Assembly (NCBI GenBank): GCA_002269645.1
Contig: NIVC01000469.1
Span: 1 to 64,000 of the forward strand
DNA: 64,000 bases
DNA from: Macrostomum lignano
Taxonomy: Eukaryota
Direction of reading: 5' to 3'
Part shown: piece after piece, positions 50,042 to 62,900 of the stretch
Layout of the letters: the number at the start of each line of letters is the position of its first letter
Position numbering within the stretch: the stretch's first letter is position 1
Notes under the pieces: model-generated
Told to the model about the DNA's origin: nothing
What the model saw: only the letters and a program-made list of their open reading frames with translations
The model's database searches: none
Program-made: the position numbers and the translations under genes

Positions 50042-51840
50042 TCAGCTCTCGAGTTTTCCCAGTTCTCAGGTTGTGCTGTCAGCTCTCGAGTTTTCCCAGT
50101 TCTCAGGCTGTGCTGCCAGCTCTCGAGTTTTCCCAGTTCTCAGGCTGTGCTGCCAGCTCTCGAGTTTTCCCAGTTCTCAGGCTGTGCTGCCAGCTCTCGA
50201 GTTTTCCCAGTTCTCAGGCTGTGCTGCCAGCTCTCGAGTTTTCCCAGTTCTCAGGCTGTGCTGCCAGCTCTCGAGTTTTCCCAGTTCTCAGGCTGTGCTG
50301 TCAGCTCTCGAGTTTTCCCAGTTCTCAGGCTGTGCTGCCAGCTCTCGAGTTTTCCCAGTTCTCAGGCTGTGCTGCCAGCTCTCGAGTTTTCCCAGTTCTC
50401 AGGCTGTGCTGCCAGCTCTCGAGTTTTCCCAGTTCTCAGGCTGTGCTGCCAGCTCTCGAGTTTTCCCAGTTCTCAGGCTGTGCTGCCAGCTCTCGAGTTT
50501 TCCCAGTTCTCAGGCTGTGCTGTCAGCTCTCGAGTTTTCCCAGTTCTCAGGCTGTGCTGCCAGCTCTCGAGTTTTCCCAGTTCTCAGGCTGTGCTGCCAG
50601 CTCTCGAGTTTTCCCAGTTCTCAGGCTGTGCTGCCAGCTCTCGAGTTTTCCCAGTTCTCAGGCTGTGCTGCCAGCTCTCGAGTTTTCCCAGTTCTCAGGC
50701 TGTGCTGCCAGCTCTCGAGTTTTCCCAGTTCTCAGGCTGTGCTGCCAGCTCTCGAGTTTTCCCAGTTCTCAGGCTGTGCTGCCAGCTCTCGAGTTTTCCC
50801 AGTTCTCAGGCTGTGCTGCCAGCTCTCGAGTTTTCCCAGTTCTCAGGCTGTGCTGCCAGCTCTCGAGTTTTCCCAGTTCTCAGGCTGTGCTGTCAGCTCT
50901 CGAGTTTTCCCAGTTCTCAGGCTGTGCTGCCAGCTCTCGAGTTTTCCCAGTTCTCAGGCTTTGCTGCCAGCTCTCGAGTTTTCCCAGTTCTCAGGCTTTG
51001 CTGCCAGCTCTCGAGTTTTCCCAGTTCTCAGGCTGTGCTGTCAGCTCTCGAGTTTTCCCAGTTCTCAGGCTGTGCTGTCAGCTCTTGAGTTTTCCCAGTT
51101 CTCAGGCTGTGCTGTCAGCTTTCGAGTTTTCCCAGTTCTCAGGCTGTGCTGTCAGCTCTCGAGTTTTCCCAGTGCTGCCAGCTGTCATCCCAGTTCTCAG
51201 GCTGTGCTACCAGATGTCATCCCAGTTCTCAGGCTGTGCTACCAGTTGTCATCCCAGTTCTCAGGCTGTGCTACCAGTTGTCATCCCAGTTCTCAGGCTG
51301 TGCTACCAGTTGTCATCCCAGTTCTCAGGCTGTGCTACCAGCTGTCATCCCAGTTCTCAGGCTGTGCTACCAGTTGTCATCCCAGTTCTCAGGCTGTGCT
51401 ACCAGTTGTCATCCCAGTTCTCAGACTGCTACCAGTTGTCATCCCAGTTCTCAGGCTGTGCTACCAGTTTTCATCCCAGTTCTCAGGCTGTGCTACCAGT
51501 TGTCATCCCAGTTCTCAGGCTGTGCTACCAGTTGTCATCCCAGTTCTCAGGCTGTGCTACCAGTTGTCATCCCAGTTCTCAGGCTGTGCTACCAGTTGTC
51601 ATCCCAGTTCTCAGGCTGTGCTACCAGTTGTCATCCCAGTTCTCAGACTGTGCAACCAGTTGTTATCCCAGTTCTCAGACTGTGCAACCAGTTGTCATCC
51701 CAGTTCTCAGACTGTGCTACCAGTTGTCATCCCAGTTCTCAGACTGTGCTACCAGTTGTCATCCCAGTTCTCAGACTGTGCTACCAGTTGTCATCCCAGT
51801 TCCCAGGCTGTGCTACCAGCTGTCATCCCAGTTCTCAGAC
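50042..51840. repeat. compound minisatellite: 37-bp units switching to 32-bp units at ~51175
   Basis: Shared core CCCAGTTCTCAGGCTGTGCT; periods 50043/50080 and 51241/51273. Source of the 380-625-aa pseudo-ORFs. Confidence 0.96.
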
Positions 51841-52045
51841 TTTTTGTCACACACTTCAGTAATCATGATCACTATAACTAATGTGACTAAGATGTAAAAT
51901 GCGTTTTGCCAGCGCATATATCTTTACTCCCTGTCAATTTCAGAGTGGCACTGGTAATACCGCGCTGCAATTAAAACTTGCCTACCTGCTTAATTAGTTA
52001 ATAAACTCGGGCTAGCGATTTAAAGCAAGCAAACAATTAATAAAG

Positions 52046-53892
52046 ATGGGCAGTCGCGATGCAGCCGATCAGAACTTTGACTACATGTTCAAACTGTTAA
52101 TTATTGGCAACTCATCTGTTGGCAAGACCTCCTTCCTGTTCCGGTATGCTGACGACTCCTTCACATCCGCCTTCGTGTCCACTGTTGGTATCGACTTCAA
52201 AGTGAAGACCGTTTTCAGACAGGATAAGCGCGTCAAACTGCAGATCTGGGTGAGTGCGGATCGGGGACTGTTTTGGAAACTATCGTCAAAATCCATGTCA
52301 GGGTTTTGGATATTCCATGCCAGGGTTTTGGATATCTCATGTCAGGATTTTGGATATCCCATGTCAGGATTTTGGATATCCCATGTCAGGGTTTCAGATC
52401 CCATGTCAGGGTTTCGGATGTCCCATGTCAGGGTTTTCGATATCCCATGTCAGGACTTTAAATATCCCATGTCAGGGTTTCGGATCCCATATCAGGGTTA
52501 TGGATCCCATGTCAGGATTTTGAATATCCCATATCAGGGTTATGGATCCCATGTCAGGATTTTGAATATCCCATATCAGGGTTTTGGATCCCATGTTAGG
52601 ATTTTGAATCCGGGGATCAGGATTTTGAATCCCATGTCAGGATTTTGTATCCAATGTCAGGATTTTGAATATCCCATATCAGGGTTATGGATCCAATGTC
52701 AGGATTTTGAATCCTGGGATCAGAATGCTGTTTTAAATGTGCTTGAAAACGGATAAGTGCAAAATCTTTTCTCCGCGTCATTTTACTCGCCGATTAATTT
52801 CCCCAATTTTTTCCCCAAACTTTTCCCTAACCCAGAGCTTTTGCTTTCTCTCTTCCGCGCATTTTTGTTCTCCGCTCCTCCCCCACCTTGTGCTGAGCAA
52901 AGCGAATTCCTTTTTTTCGACTGAGAGGGGGAGAGAGAGAAAGAAATAAAGTGCACAGCAACTGTTAACGCCATGCTTTCCACTGTCAGTAGGGTTACTA
53001 GAGTAGTTATGCAGCAAACAGAGCAGCATTCGGCCGACGTGGAGGTGGGTGTGTTGGCTGAGTGCTCTCGCCATGCGTGGTCAAGACCATGTGCCGATCA
53101 CAGCTGCTCTGCGAGATCCGCAGAGAGGGGAGGGGAGAGAAATGGGGGGAGACAATAGGCTATTGGAGTATAACGGTAAGTCCAAAAAAGGTTCGTTGTA
53201 CCTTCTCTAATACCATTTTTGTGTGCCTTGTGTGTCAGCTGTCCTTTCGGACTTTGAAGGGAATTGGGAGAGTGGCCCTGGAATGGTATGGTATGGTATA
53301 GGTTAGTATGGTATAGTTTGGAATGGTATGGTATGGGTTAGAATGGTATAGTTTGGAATGGTATGGTATGGGTTAGTATGGCATAGTTTGGAATGGTATG
53401 GTATGGGTTAGAATGGTATAGTTTGGAATGGTATGGTATGGGTTAGAATGGTATAGTTTGGAATGGTATGGTATGGGTTAGAATGGTATAGTTTGGAATG
53501 GTATGGTATGGGTTAGAATGGTATAGTTTGGAATGGTATGGTATGGGTTAGTATGGCATAGTTTGGAATGGTATGGTATGGGTTAGAATGGTATAGTTTG
53601 GAATGGTATGGTATGGGTTAGTATGGCATAGTTTGGAATGGTATGGTATGGGTTAGTATGGCATAGTTTGGAATGGTATGGTATGGGTTAGTATGGCATA
53701 GTTTGGTATGGTATGGGTTAGTATGGTATAGTTTGCAATGGGATGGGTTAGTATGGTATAGTTTGGAATGGTATGGTAATTAGCGACAGCTGAGCTACCC
53801 ATATTCAGGCTCTCCGCGAGCATACTATCTGTGAGTCTGTGGCCCGGACTAATTCCCAATCAGTAGGAGCGGGAGGAGCTCTCTCTCTCTCT

Positions 53893-53972
<80 letters not shown>

Positions 53973-56900
53973 TATCCCTTTCCCTTTTCTTTTCCAGCAT
54001 TGGGCTTATTTCCCAATTTCCAGCCGCATCTAGCCTGCCCGCAGCTATTTGAGGATGGTCCGCTCCACATCTCTCTTTTTTGTCCAGCTTCCCTCGGCCT
54101 CATCACTCGCTGACAATCCTGGAGATCCTCCCGCACCCTTTGCTAAAGCTACGTGTGCAGGAGGATAAATGCTGTGCCCCCCTGCTCCCCATTTTCTTCT
54201 CTCAGTGCACACAACCCTCATTTTCCCACATTTCCCATCCCATTACTGAGCCCGGTGCCTTTTCTCGCTCCCGCTCCCCCTGAGTGTCGTATTACCCGGG
54301 GTCGCTTTGAGCTGACTCTGCAGCAAGCTCGACTGCTCTCTTTTACCCTCTTTTGCCTGCGACTGCTGTCCCTTGTTCCAATCTGTACCTCCTAGGCCTA
54401 TAATATTGGCACAGCCTGTAATTAAGGTGTTTACACTACCTGTCAGTTTTAAAAGTACTTGATAATACTCTTATGTAAGTTGGACATCGATGTTCTGATC
54501 CGCTTCCACTGAAGTGAATATTTTTTTCAAGTGCTTTTTTAGCTTTTTGATTATTTTTTCCGACTTTTCTACCCTCCGCCTCCCCTATGCTCTCGTCTCA
54601 TATTTTCTCCTCTTATCCTCTCCTCCCCTCTCCTATCCTTTCCTCCCTTCACCTCTCATATCCTCTCCTCTCCTTTCCTCCCCTCTCCTCTCATATCCTC
54701 TCCTCTCCTTTTCTCCCCTCTTCTCGCATATCCTCTCCTCCCCTTCTCCTCTCATATCCTCTCCTCTCTTCTCCTCTCCTTTCCTCCCCTCTCCTCTCAT
54801 ATCCTCTCCTCTCCTCTCCTCCCCTCTCCTCTCATATCCTCTCCTCTCCTTTCCTCCCCTCTCCTCTCATATCCTCTCCTCTCCTTTCCTCTCATCTCCT
54901 TTCCTCCCCTCTCCTCTCATATCCTCTCCTCTCCTTTCCTCCCCTCTTCTCGCATATCCTCTCCTCTCTCCTCTCCTCTCCTCTCCTCTCTCCTCTCCTC
55001 TCCTCTCCTCTCCTCTCCTCACCTCTCCTCTCCTCTCCTTTCCTCTCCTCTCCTCTCCTCTCCTGTCCTCTTATCTTATCTTCTTCACTCTCCCCTATAT
55101 TTTCTACTCTTCTCTCTCCTTTCTCATCTCTACACTCCCTTTTCTTTTTTCTCTCTTATCATGCTTCCCCTCCTTTCTATATCAATTCCTTCCATTACAT
55201 TAACTGACGTTATTAATCAATCATTGACTGAGTATCTACTGCTTCCTGTATTTAAATGTCTTTAAATGTTTTTTGTCTCTACGATTTTTGTAAACTCTCA
55301 GCTCTCAATTCATTTTGTTATGACAGACTTACTGCTGAATTCTGTTATTCTATTTCTGCATTTTTATACTTTTCAAACAAAGGACACCGCCGGCCAGGAG
55401 CGCTACCGCACAATCACCACCGCCTACTACCGTGGCGCAATGGGCTTCATTCTGATGTACGATGTCACCAATGAGGAATCGTTCAATGCTGTACAAGACT
55501 GGTAAGTTTACAGTGGCTGAGATGTATCGTACGCATAATTCATTTAATATTGTAATATGAGAGTCGGTGGCTATAAATAACTCGATTTGTTGTGTTCATA
55601 GTAACAGGTTAAAAGAGGACATCATTACTGAGTGCACTGACGCTCTGCAGACGCGTCTGACTTTCGCGACACGATCCCTTGGTTTGATGTGTGCAGCCAC
55701 ATTCATTTAGGGCTTGTGTGCGCGGAAATTGTACTAGGGGATTGTAGTGGCGCCCTTGTACCTCTTGTACCAATAAATTTTTTTCAAGTGCTTTTTGTTT
55801 TTTGATTGTTTTATCCAATCTCTTCTCCTCTCCGCCTCCCCCTATCCTCTCCTCATATCCTCTGCTCTCCTCATATCCTCTGCTCTCCTCATATCCTCTG
55901 CTCTCCTCATATCCTCTGCTCTCCTCATATCCTCTGCTCTCCTCATATCCTCTGCTCTCCTCATATCCTCTGCTCTCCTCATATCCTCTGCTCTCCTCAT
56001 ATCCTCTGCTCTCCTCATATCCTCTGCTCTCCTCATATCCTCTGCTCTCCTCATATCCTCTGCTCTCCTCATATCCTCTGCTCTCCTCATATCCTCTGCT
56101 CTCCTCATATCCTCTGCTCTCCTCATATCCTCTGCTCTCCTCATATCCTCTGCTCTCCTCATATCCTCTGCTCTCCTCATATCCTCTGCTCTCCTCATAT
56201 CCTCTGCTCTCCTCATATCCTCTGCTCTCCTCATATCCTCTGCTCTCCTCATGTCCTCTGCTCTCCTCATGTCCTCTGCTCTCCTCATGTCCTCTGCTCT
56301 CCTCATGTCCTCTGCTCTCCTCATGTCCTCTGCTCTCCTCATATCCTCTGCTCTCCTCACATCCTCTGCTCTCCTCATGTCCTCTGCTCTCCTCATATCC
56401 TCTGCTCTCCTCATATCCTCTGCTCTCCTCATATCCTCTGCTCTCCTCATGTCCTCTGCTCTCCTCATATCCTCTGCTCTCCTCATGTCATCTGCTCTCC
56501 TCATATCCTCTGCTCTCCTCATATCCTCTGCTCTCCTCATATCCTCTGCTCTCCTCATATCCTCTGCTCTCCTCATATCCTCTGCTCTCCTCATATCATC
56601 TGCTCTCATCTCCTCTTCTCCTCATCTCTCTTCTCCTCATATCCTCTGCTCTCCTCATATCCTCTGCTCTCATTTCCTCTTCTCCTCATCTCTCCTCTTC
56701 TCCTCATCTCTCCTCTCCTCATATCCTCTCCTCTCCTCTCCTCTCCTCTCCTCTCCTCTCCTCTCCACTCCTCTCCTCTCTTCACCTCTCCTCTCCTCTC
56801 CTCTCCTCTCCTCTCCTCTCCTCTCCTCTCCTCTCCTCTCCTCTCCTCTCCTCTCCTCTCCTCTCCTCTCCTCTCCTCTCCTCTCCTCTCTTCACCTCTC

Positions 56901-59900
56901 CTCTCCACTCCTCTCCTCTCCTCTCCTCTCCTCTCCTCTCCTCTCCTCTCCACTCCTCTCCTCTCTTCACCTCTCCTCTCCACTCCTCTCCTCTCCTCTC
57001 CACTCCTCTCCTCTCTTCACCTCTCCTCTCCTCTCCTCTCCTCTCCTCTCCTCTCCACTCCTCTCCTCTCTTCACCTCTCCTCTCCTCTCCACTCCTCTC
57101 CTCTCCTCTCCTCTCCTCTCCTCTCCTCTCTTCACCTCTCCTCTCCACTCCTCTCCTCTCTTCTCCTGTCCTCTCCTCTCCTCACCTCACCTCCCCTCTC
57201 CCCTATCCTGTATGAGCTCAAGAGTCAGCGTAATGGTCAGAATTGCCGTCAGTGCTGGCTGTGGGTCGATTGCGCCAGGGTTGCATGCATGGCCTCCATT
57301 AATAAAAATTGCAATGTGAAAGATATTTTAAGTCTTCAGTCAAAAAGTATCCAAATCTGTCAGTGAGGCTTCCTGGTTTTTGTTATTGATGCCATATCAA
57401 TGTTCAAGTTGACAAATAAGATTTGCTGGTCCAGCTGTCCAGATCTGCATTAACGCTGTTCCGCAACAAACCGCCTACGCATTTTTAATGGCCATTTTTT
57501 TCATAAAGACTTAAGAATCAGTTGACGGTGTGGAATGCGTTGGAACGTTAGAAGTTGTGTTGCTATTCATAGTAACACTGCACTACGGTATGCGTGGACT
57601 GTTTTTGGGAACGAAAATCGATTTTAAATTCATTTGCACTTTTTTGTACAGCAGATACGGTAGATATTGTGTCTTTCTCCCTCTCTCTCTCTGCTCAGTC
57701 TGATCTGGTGAATTTTGACCTGGTTTGATTTTTTTATTTAGCATATTTAAAATATGAACTGCGTGTTTTTGCTAACGGGTTTTGTTTGAAATTGATTCAC
57801 TCGTCGCCAATTGTGCGGGTTTAGTTGTGCAACTGGGTATGGCATTGGCAGGTGTGGTATTGCGTTTGGAGTAGGATGTGGCCTTTAGCTTCGGGTTTGG
57901 GATCACGTATGGGATGGGACTCGGTTTTGAAATGCGAGGAGTGTCCCAAAAAGTTCCTGGAATATTTGCTTTAGCTCAGGGGTCGGCAAACATTTTACTT
58001 CAAAGGCCAGAATCTAGATCATTGCTGCTGGCCAGGTGAGAGTGAAAATTGGAGATAAAATGGGGGGGGGAGAAGAAAGAGGAGATGAGAGGAGAGAAGA
58101 AAGGAGAGAGATGGGAAGAGAAAAGAAAGGTAAGGAGATGATAGGAGAGAAGAGACGAGATGAGATATGAGGAGAGAGTAGAAGAAAGAAAAGAGAGAGA
58201 GCTGAGAAGACACACCAACCTCAAGCGGGCCGGATTGCTATTGCAAAGTTTCAAAGGACCCGAGAGCCGGATAGAGAGGCTTCGCGGGCCGCATGTGGCC
58301 GGCGGGCCGGAGTTCGTCGACCCCTGCTCTCAGTATCTTGAATACCTGAAAACTGAAACATACTAAAAAAACTATTAAACAATGAAACTGAACAGTGCAT
58401 TCACCGCTAGTCAGTCATGGTGGCATTCGCAAGTCAAAATTGCATCCTAATCGGCAAGCTGAAACTACAGCTTGAGAAAAAGATGCTCAGCAATTTTGGC
58501 TCCAACTCTATCGTGCAGACTGCAGGGCGAAAACTTGACTCCGCTGACTCTCGAGGCATTGATGTCAGAAAAGACACCACAAAGGTTAAGATAATAGGGG
58601 GTTTCAGCCTAGTGGTTAGAGCGTTGGAGTCACGACTAAGAAGTCGGGGGGTTCGATTCCAGATCCCACTCGGAACAATTTGTGTCCTTGAGCAAGACAC
58701 TTAACCCTGCATTGCTTCAGTTCACCCAGCTGTAAAATGGGTGCCAGCATTAGCTGGGGTAATTCAGGGTGTGTGGCGACCCCCCCCCCCATCCAGTCCT
58801 TGGACTGAACAGCCGTACGCAGCCTTCAGATCCGCCACGCAATAGCTGCGGCTGAGCTGTCGGTTGCACCATTGACCATACTGCCCATTAGGACAGTATG
58901 GTCAATTTTTAATAAAAAATTAAGATACTGAGCTTACAACTAGAGCAAACATTTCGGGAACTTTTTTGGACACCCTCGTAACTGTGTCGAATTGGGTAAG
59001 GCTTACCAGATGTTTGCCTCTGTGTGGGTCATAGTGTGGTACTGGGTATGGGTTTTTAACCAACTAACACACAAGTCACTTTTCAATACAGTTTTTATAG
59101 TTTTGTAAAACTATCAGCTTGTCACGCATATTTATACCATAAAGAGAGTCTTGTAAGATAATTCGGTCAAGACGAGAAGGCAGTACTCTGACAACAATAT
59201 AAAAATCATGCAGGGTAACGGCAATCCAGACGCACTCTTGGTCCAACTCGCAAGTGGTGCTAGTTGGCAACAAGAGCGACTTAGAGGACGCTCGGGTTGT
59301 GTCCACCGAGCGGGCAGCCAGACTGGCTCGCGAATTGGGTTCGTTTTAGCTGTTGCTTGCTCTGCTGCTGCTGCTGGAGAGAGTGCTGCTTTTAGTAGAA
59401 AGACTGAACAAGTTTTAAAAGCAAGAGCTAGCATTTACCGCGGCAGCTTGTCTATCCCTGTCGTGGAAGTTTTAGTCACAATATTCATTCACCTGCATGG
59501 ATTCTATGACGTCACTATTATTATGATATACCTGCGGAGCAACGAAAGCGCCGGGGCCACATAGTCTAAACGTAGCCTATGCTGGTGACTTAGTCACAGG
59601 AATAAGTTATTATATTGAATCAATTTTATAGTTTAGGTTTTGTTTTAATCCTAAAACGGCTAAAACGAGAGCTCTTCTACTAATGGGACGTCATCGATGT
59701 ATTTATTCGTCATACAAGATATTTCCAAACGAAATTTAACTTAACTAGACAACGGAGTGCGTGCACTTTACTACGTCTGTCTTGTTCTCTATTTAGAGTT
59801 GTGCAAAACGTATTTATTTCAATTCATTCGCGATTTCTATACTTTTCCTAATTCTGTTCTTCTTTGTCCACTCGTTTCTGCTACCTTTTGTTGCCAAATT

Positions 59901-62900
59901 TTCTTCGCTCAACAGTTTTATTTACCTTGTTTTGAAATTTTTTAGGGGCCATAGTTAGGATGATGTATAAAGGTCTGGGTTCTGCCAAAGTTGCTTTCAA
60001 TATATGCTTCAAACAGTTTAAAGTGTGTTTATAAAATTCTTTAACCGTTAGACCTAAAACGTTAACAACTATTTAAAAGCCTTTTCTGGATTTTTGTATG
60101 CATTCGCAAGAATCACGCTTGAATATAACGAAACACTACAGGTGCACCCAGATAAAGACTTATTCGTGGGACAATGCGCAAGTGATCCTAGTTGGCAACA
60201 AGTGCGACTTGGACGATGAGCGGGTTGTCAGCACAGAGAGGGGAAAACAGCTGTCTGATCAGCTTGGTAATTGCCCTATTTCTGGACCAACTCGTAACGT
60301 TTTCAACGAATAGTTTTTTAACCATAGCGTTCCACCTTGTTTAAGTAGCAAAATGTGTCATTGTGATCGTTTATAGTATTCGTAGTTCAATGGCTGTGTC
60401 CGAATTGGATCAAAAGGCAGCGAACCCATCTACCAGTTCTTCTCAATTTGTCTACGAATCATTGCAAAGCTGAATAACTTTGGTCGGAATTTCAACTCTC
60501 ACCCTTTATTTCTATCCACTACAGCCAAGTTTTATAGCTTTGGGCTAGTGGGGTGGGTGATTGTTATTGATTCTCTGGTCGGCCCATCAACCCCCACCTT
60601 TCTTTTCTATCCACTGTAGTCCGGTTTTATAGCTTTGGGCTAGTGGGGTGGGTGATTGCTATCGATTCTCTGGTCGGCCCATCAACCCCCACTCCTTTCT
60701 TCTCTACCCCCTGTAGCCCAATTTTATAGTTTTAGGATAGTGGGGTGGGTGATTGCTATCGATTCTCTGGTCGGCCCATCAACCCCCACTCCTTTCTTCT
60801 CTACCCCCTGTAGCCCAATTTTATAGTTTTAGGATAGTGGGGTGGGTGATTGCTATCGATTCTCTGGTCGGCTCATCAACCCCCACTCCTTTCTTCTCTA
60901 CCCCCTGTAGCCCAATTTTATAGTTTTAGGATAGTGGGGTGGGTGATTGCTATCGATTCTCTGGTCGGCTCATCAACCCCACCCCTTTCTTCTCTACCCC
61001 CTGTAGCCCAAATTTTAGGGTAGTGGGGTGGGTGATTTTGTTATCGATTCTCTCTGGTCGGCCCATCAGCCCCCGCCCCTCTTTTCTATCCACTGTAGCC
61101 CAATTTTATAGTTTATGCTAGTTGTGTGGTTGACTGTTCTCTGGTCGGCCTATCAACCCCCCCTTTCCGCCCCTTTCTATCCACACTAGTCTATTATAGC
61201 TATCGGCTTAGCACATTTTCATAAGCCAATGTTATTATGCTTTGTTATGATCTAATACAAAGAGAAAGAATTCGTTACATTCTGTCTACCTGTATTCAAG
61301 TACAGCCATTTAGCGTTTATTATCCAAAGTGTATTTATTTCCTTGGAATATAGTTTTACTGTAGTTGGTGACTGTCTTTTAATTTGCCTAGTTTACCGCA
61401 TTCCTGTTGTTTATAGTATTGTACATTGTGCAACTGCCTAGTAAATGTTAAAATTAAAAGCTATCCTTTTTTGCACGGGTATCTTATGATTATTAAAAAA
61501 ACATTGTCCCTTTCACCAACTAATCAGAAGTTTTAAAAAACAGTTTTCAAATTTCCCGATAATTAAAGGGAATAATAAGAAGACTCAGAAAGGGTTATAT
61601 AAAAAAATTACCTGATTAATCATTAATGTTACAAGGCTTAGCTCTAGAAATTCCTTTTTGCTGACACAACCGTTACTATTTTAGTCAATGTCGTAAGTAT
61701 GCGCAACTTTCTTTTTTTCCTTGCTAAAATATCTTTTAGCTGCACAACTTTCAGTGGCTTTAATTTTTTCTATCCAATTTTTAAACTGTTACCCAAATTT
61801 GGTGTTGTAAAAATAAACGACTTACCTGTGCTTATAAGAGGGAAATGGCAAGTATAATGTACAGCAATTAAAAATGCATTTATAATTATGGAATCAACTG
61901 CTCAATTCCAACACTTGCAATCCTCAGGCCTAGAGTTCTTTGAGACCTCTGCCAAAGAGAACATCAACGTCAAGGCCGTGTTCGAGCGCTTGGTAGACAT
62001 CATCTGCGAGAAGATGTCCGAGTCCTTGGACAGCGACCCCAACATGATGCACAACACGGGTGAGTCCTCCCCTCACCCAGGGGAAAGCAGAGCATCCCCT
62101 GTGCTCTGCTTTTGTATAACTGCTCCCTCCCTCCCCTATCTCACCATCTCCCTCTCCCTCCCCTGTCTCACTATCTACCCTTCTATCTCCCCTGTCTCAC
62201 TATCCACCTCTCCCTCCCCTGTCTGACTATCTACCTCTCCATCTCCCCTGTCTCACCATCTCCCTCCCCCCCCCCTGCCTCACTATCTACCTCTCCATCT
62301 CCCCTATCTCACTATCTACCTCTCCATCTCCCCTGTCTCATCCTCTCCCTCTCCATCTCCCAGTCTCACCATCTCCCTCTCCCTCTCCCTCTCCCCCATC
62401 TCACCATCTCCCTCTCCCTCCCCTGTCTCACCATCTCCCTCTCCCTCTCCCTCATCTCACCATCTCCCTCTCCCTCTCCCCCATCTCACCATCTCCCTCT
62501 CCATCTCCCCATCTCACCATCTCCCTCTCCATCTCCCCATCTCACCATCTCCCTCTTCCTCCCCTGTGTCACCATCTCCCTCTCCCTCTCCTGTCTCACC
62601 ATCTCCCTCTCCCCCCCCATGTCTCGTGTCACCTTCTCTCCCTCTCCTGTCTCACCATCTCCCTCTCCTGTCTCACCATCTCCCTCTCCCCCCTGTCTTG
62701 TCACCGTCCCTCTCCTGTCTCACCATCTCCCCTCCCCCCTGTCTCGTCACCTTCTCTCCCTCTCCTGTCTCACCATCTCCTTTATAATCTCCCAGTTTCC
62801 GCCCTATTATCGCAGTTTCACTCTGTCCCAAGTTCGCCACTCGCACAGTTAACCAAACCCAACCCGATTGCTGAACTCTCGGCAGGCAACCGGCTCGAAG

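Larger units (their letters stand above)
57935..58978. mobile_element. mariner-like MITE hosting two nested insertions
   Basis: Inverted ends CGAGGAGTGTCCCAAAAAGTTCC..TTTGCTTTAG / CTAGAGCAAA..GGAACTTTTTTGGACACCCTCG, flanked by TG / TA. The homology continues (ctcagtatctt) on the far side of the hAT insertion. Confidence 0.72.

Noticed and set aside
49946-57366. ORFs of 238-625 aa in multiple frames
   Set aside because: Stop-free 37/32-bp, 18-bp and 5-bp repeat units.
59420-59564. YRG...YDVT...NES words after exon 3a, suggesting a duplicate of Rab3 exon 2
   Set aside because: Motif spacing does not match exon 2 and there are no fitting splice sites; probably chance.
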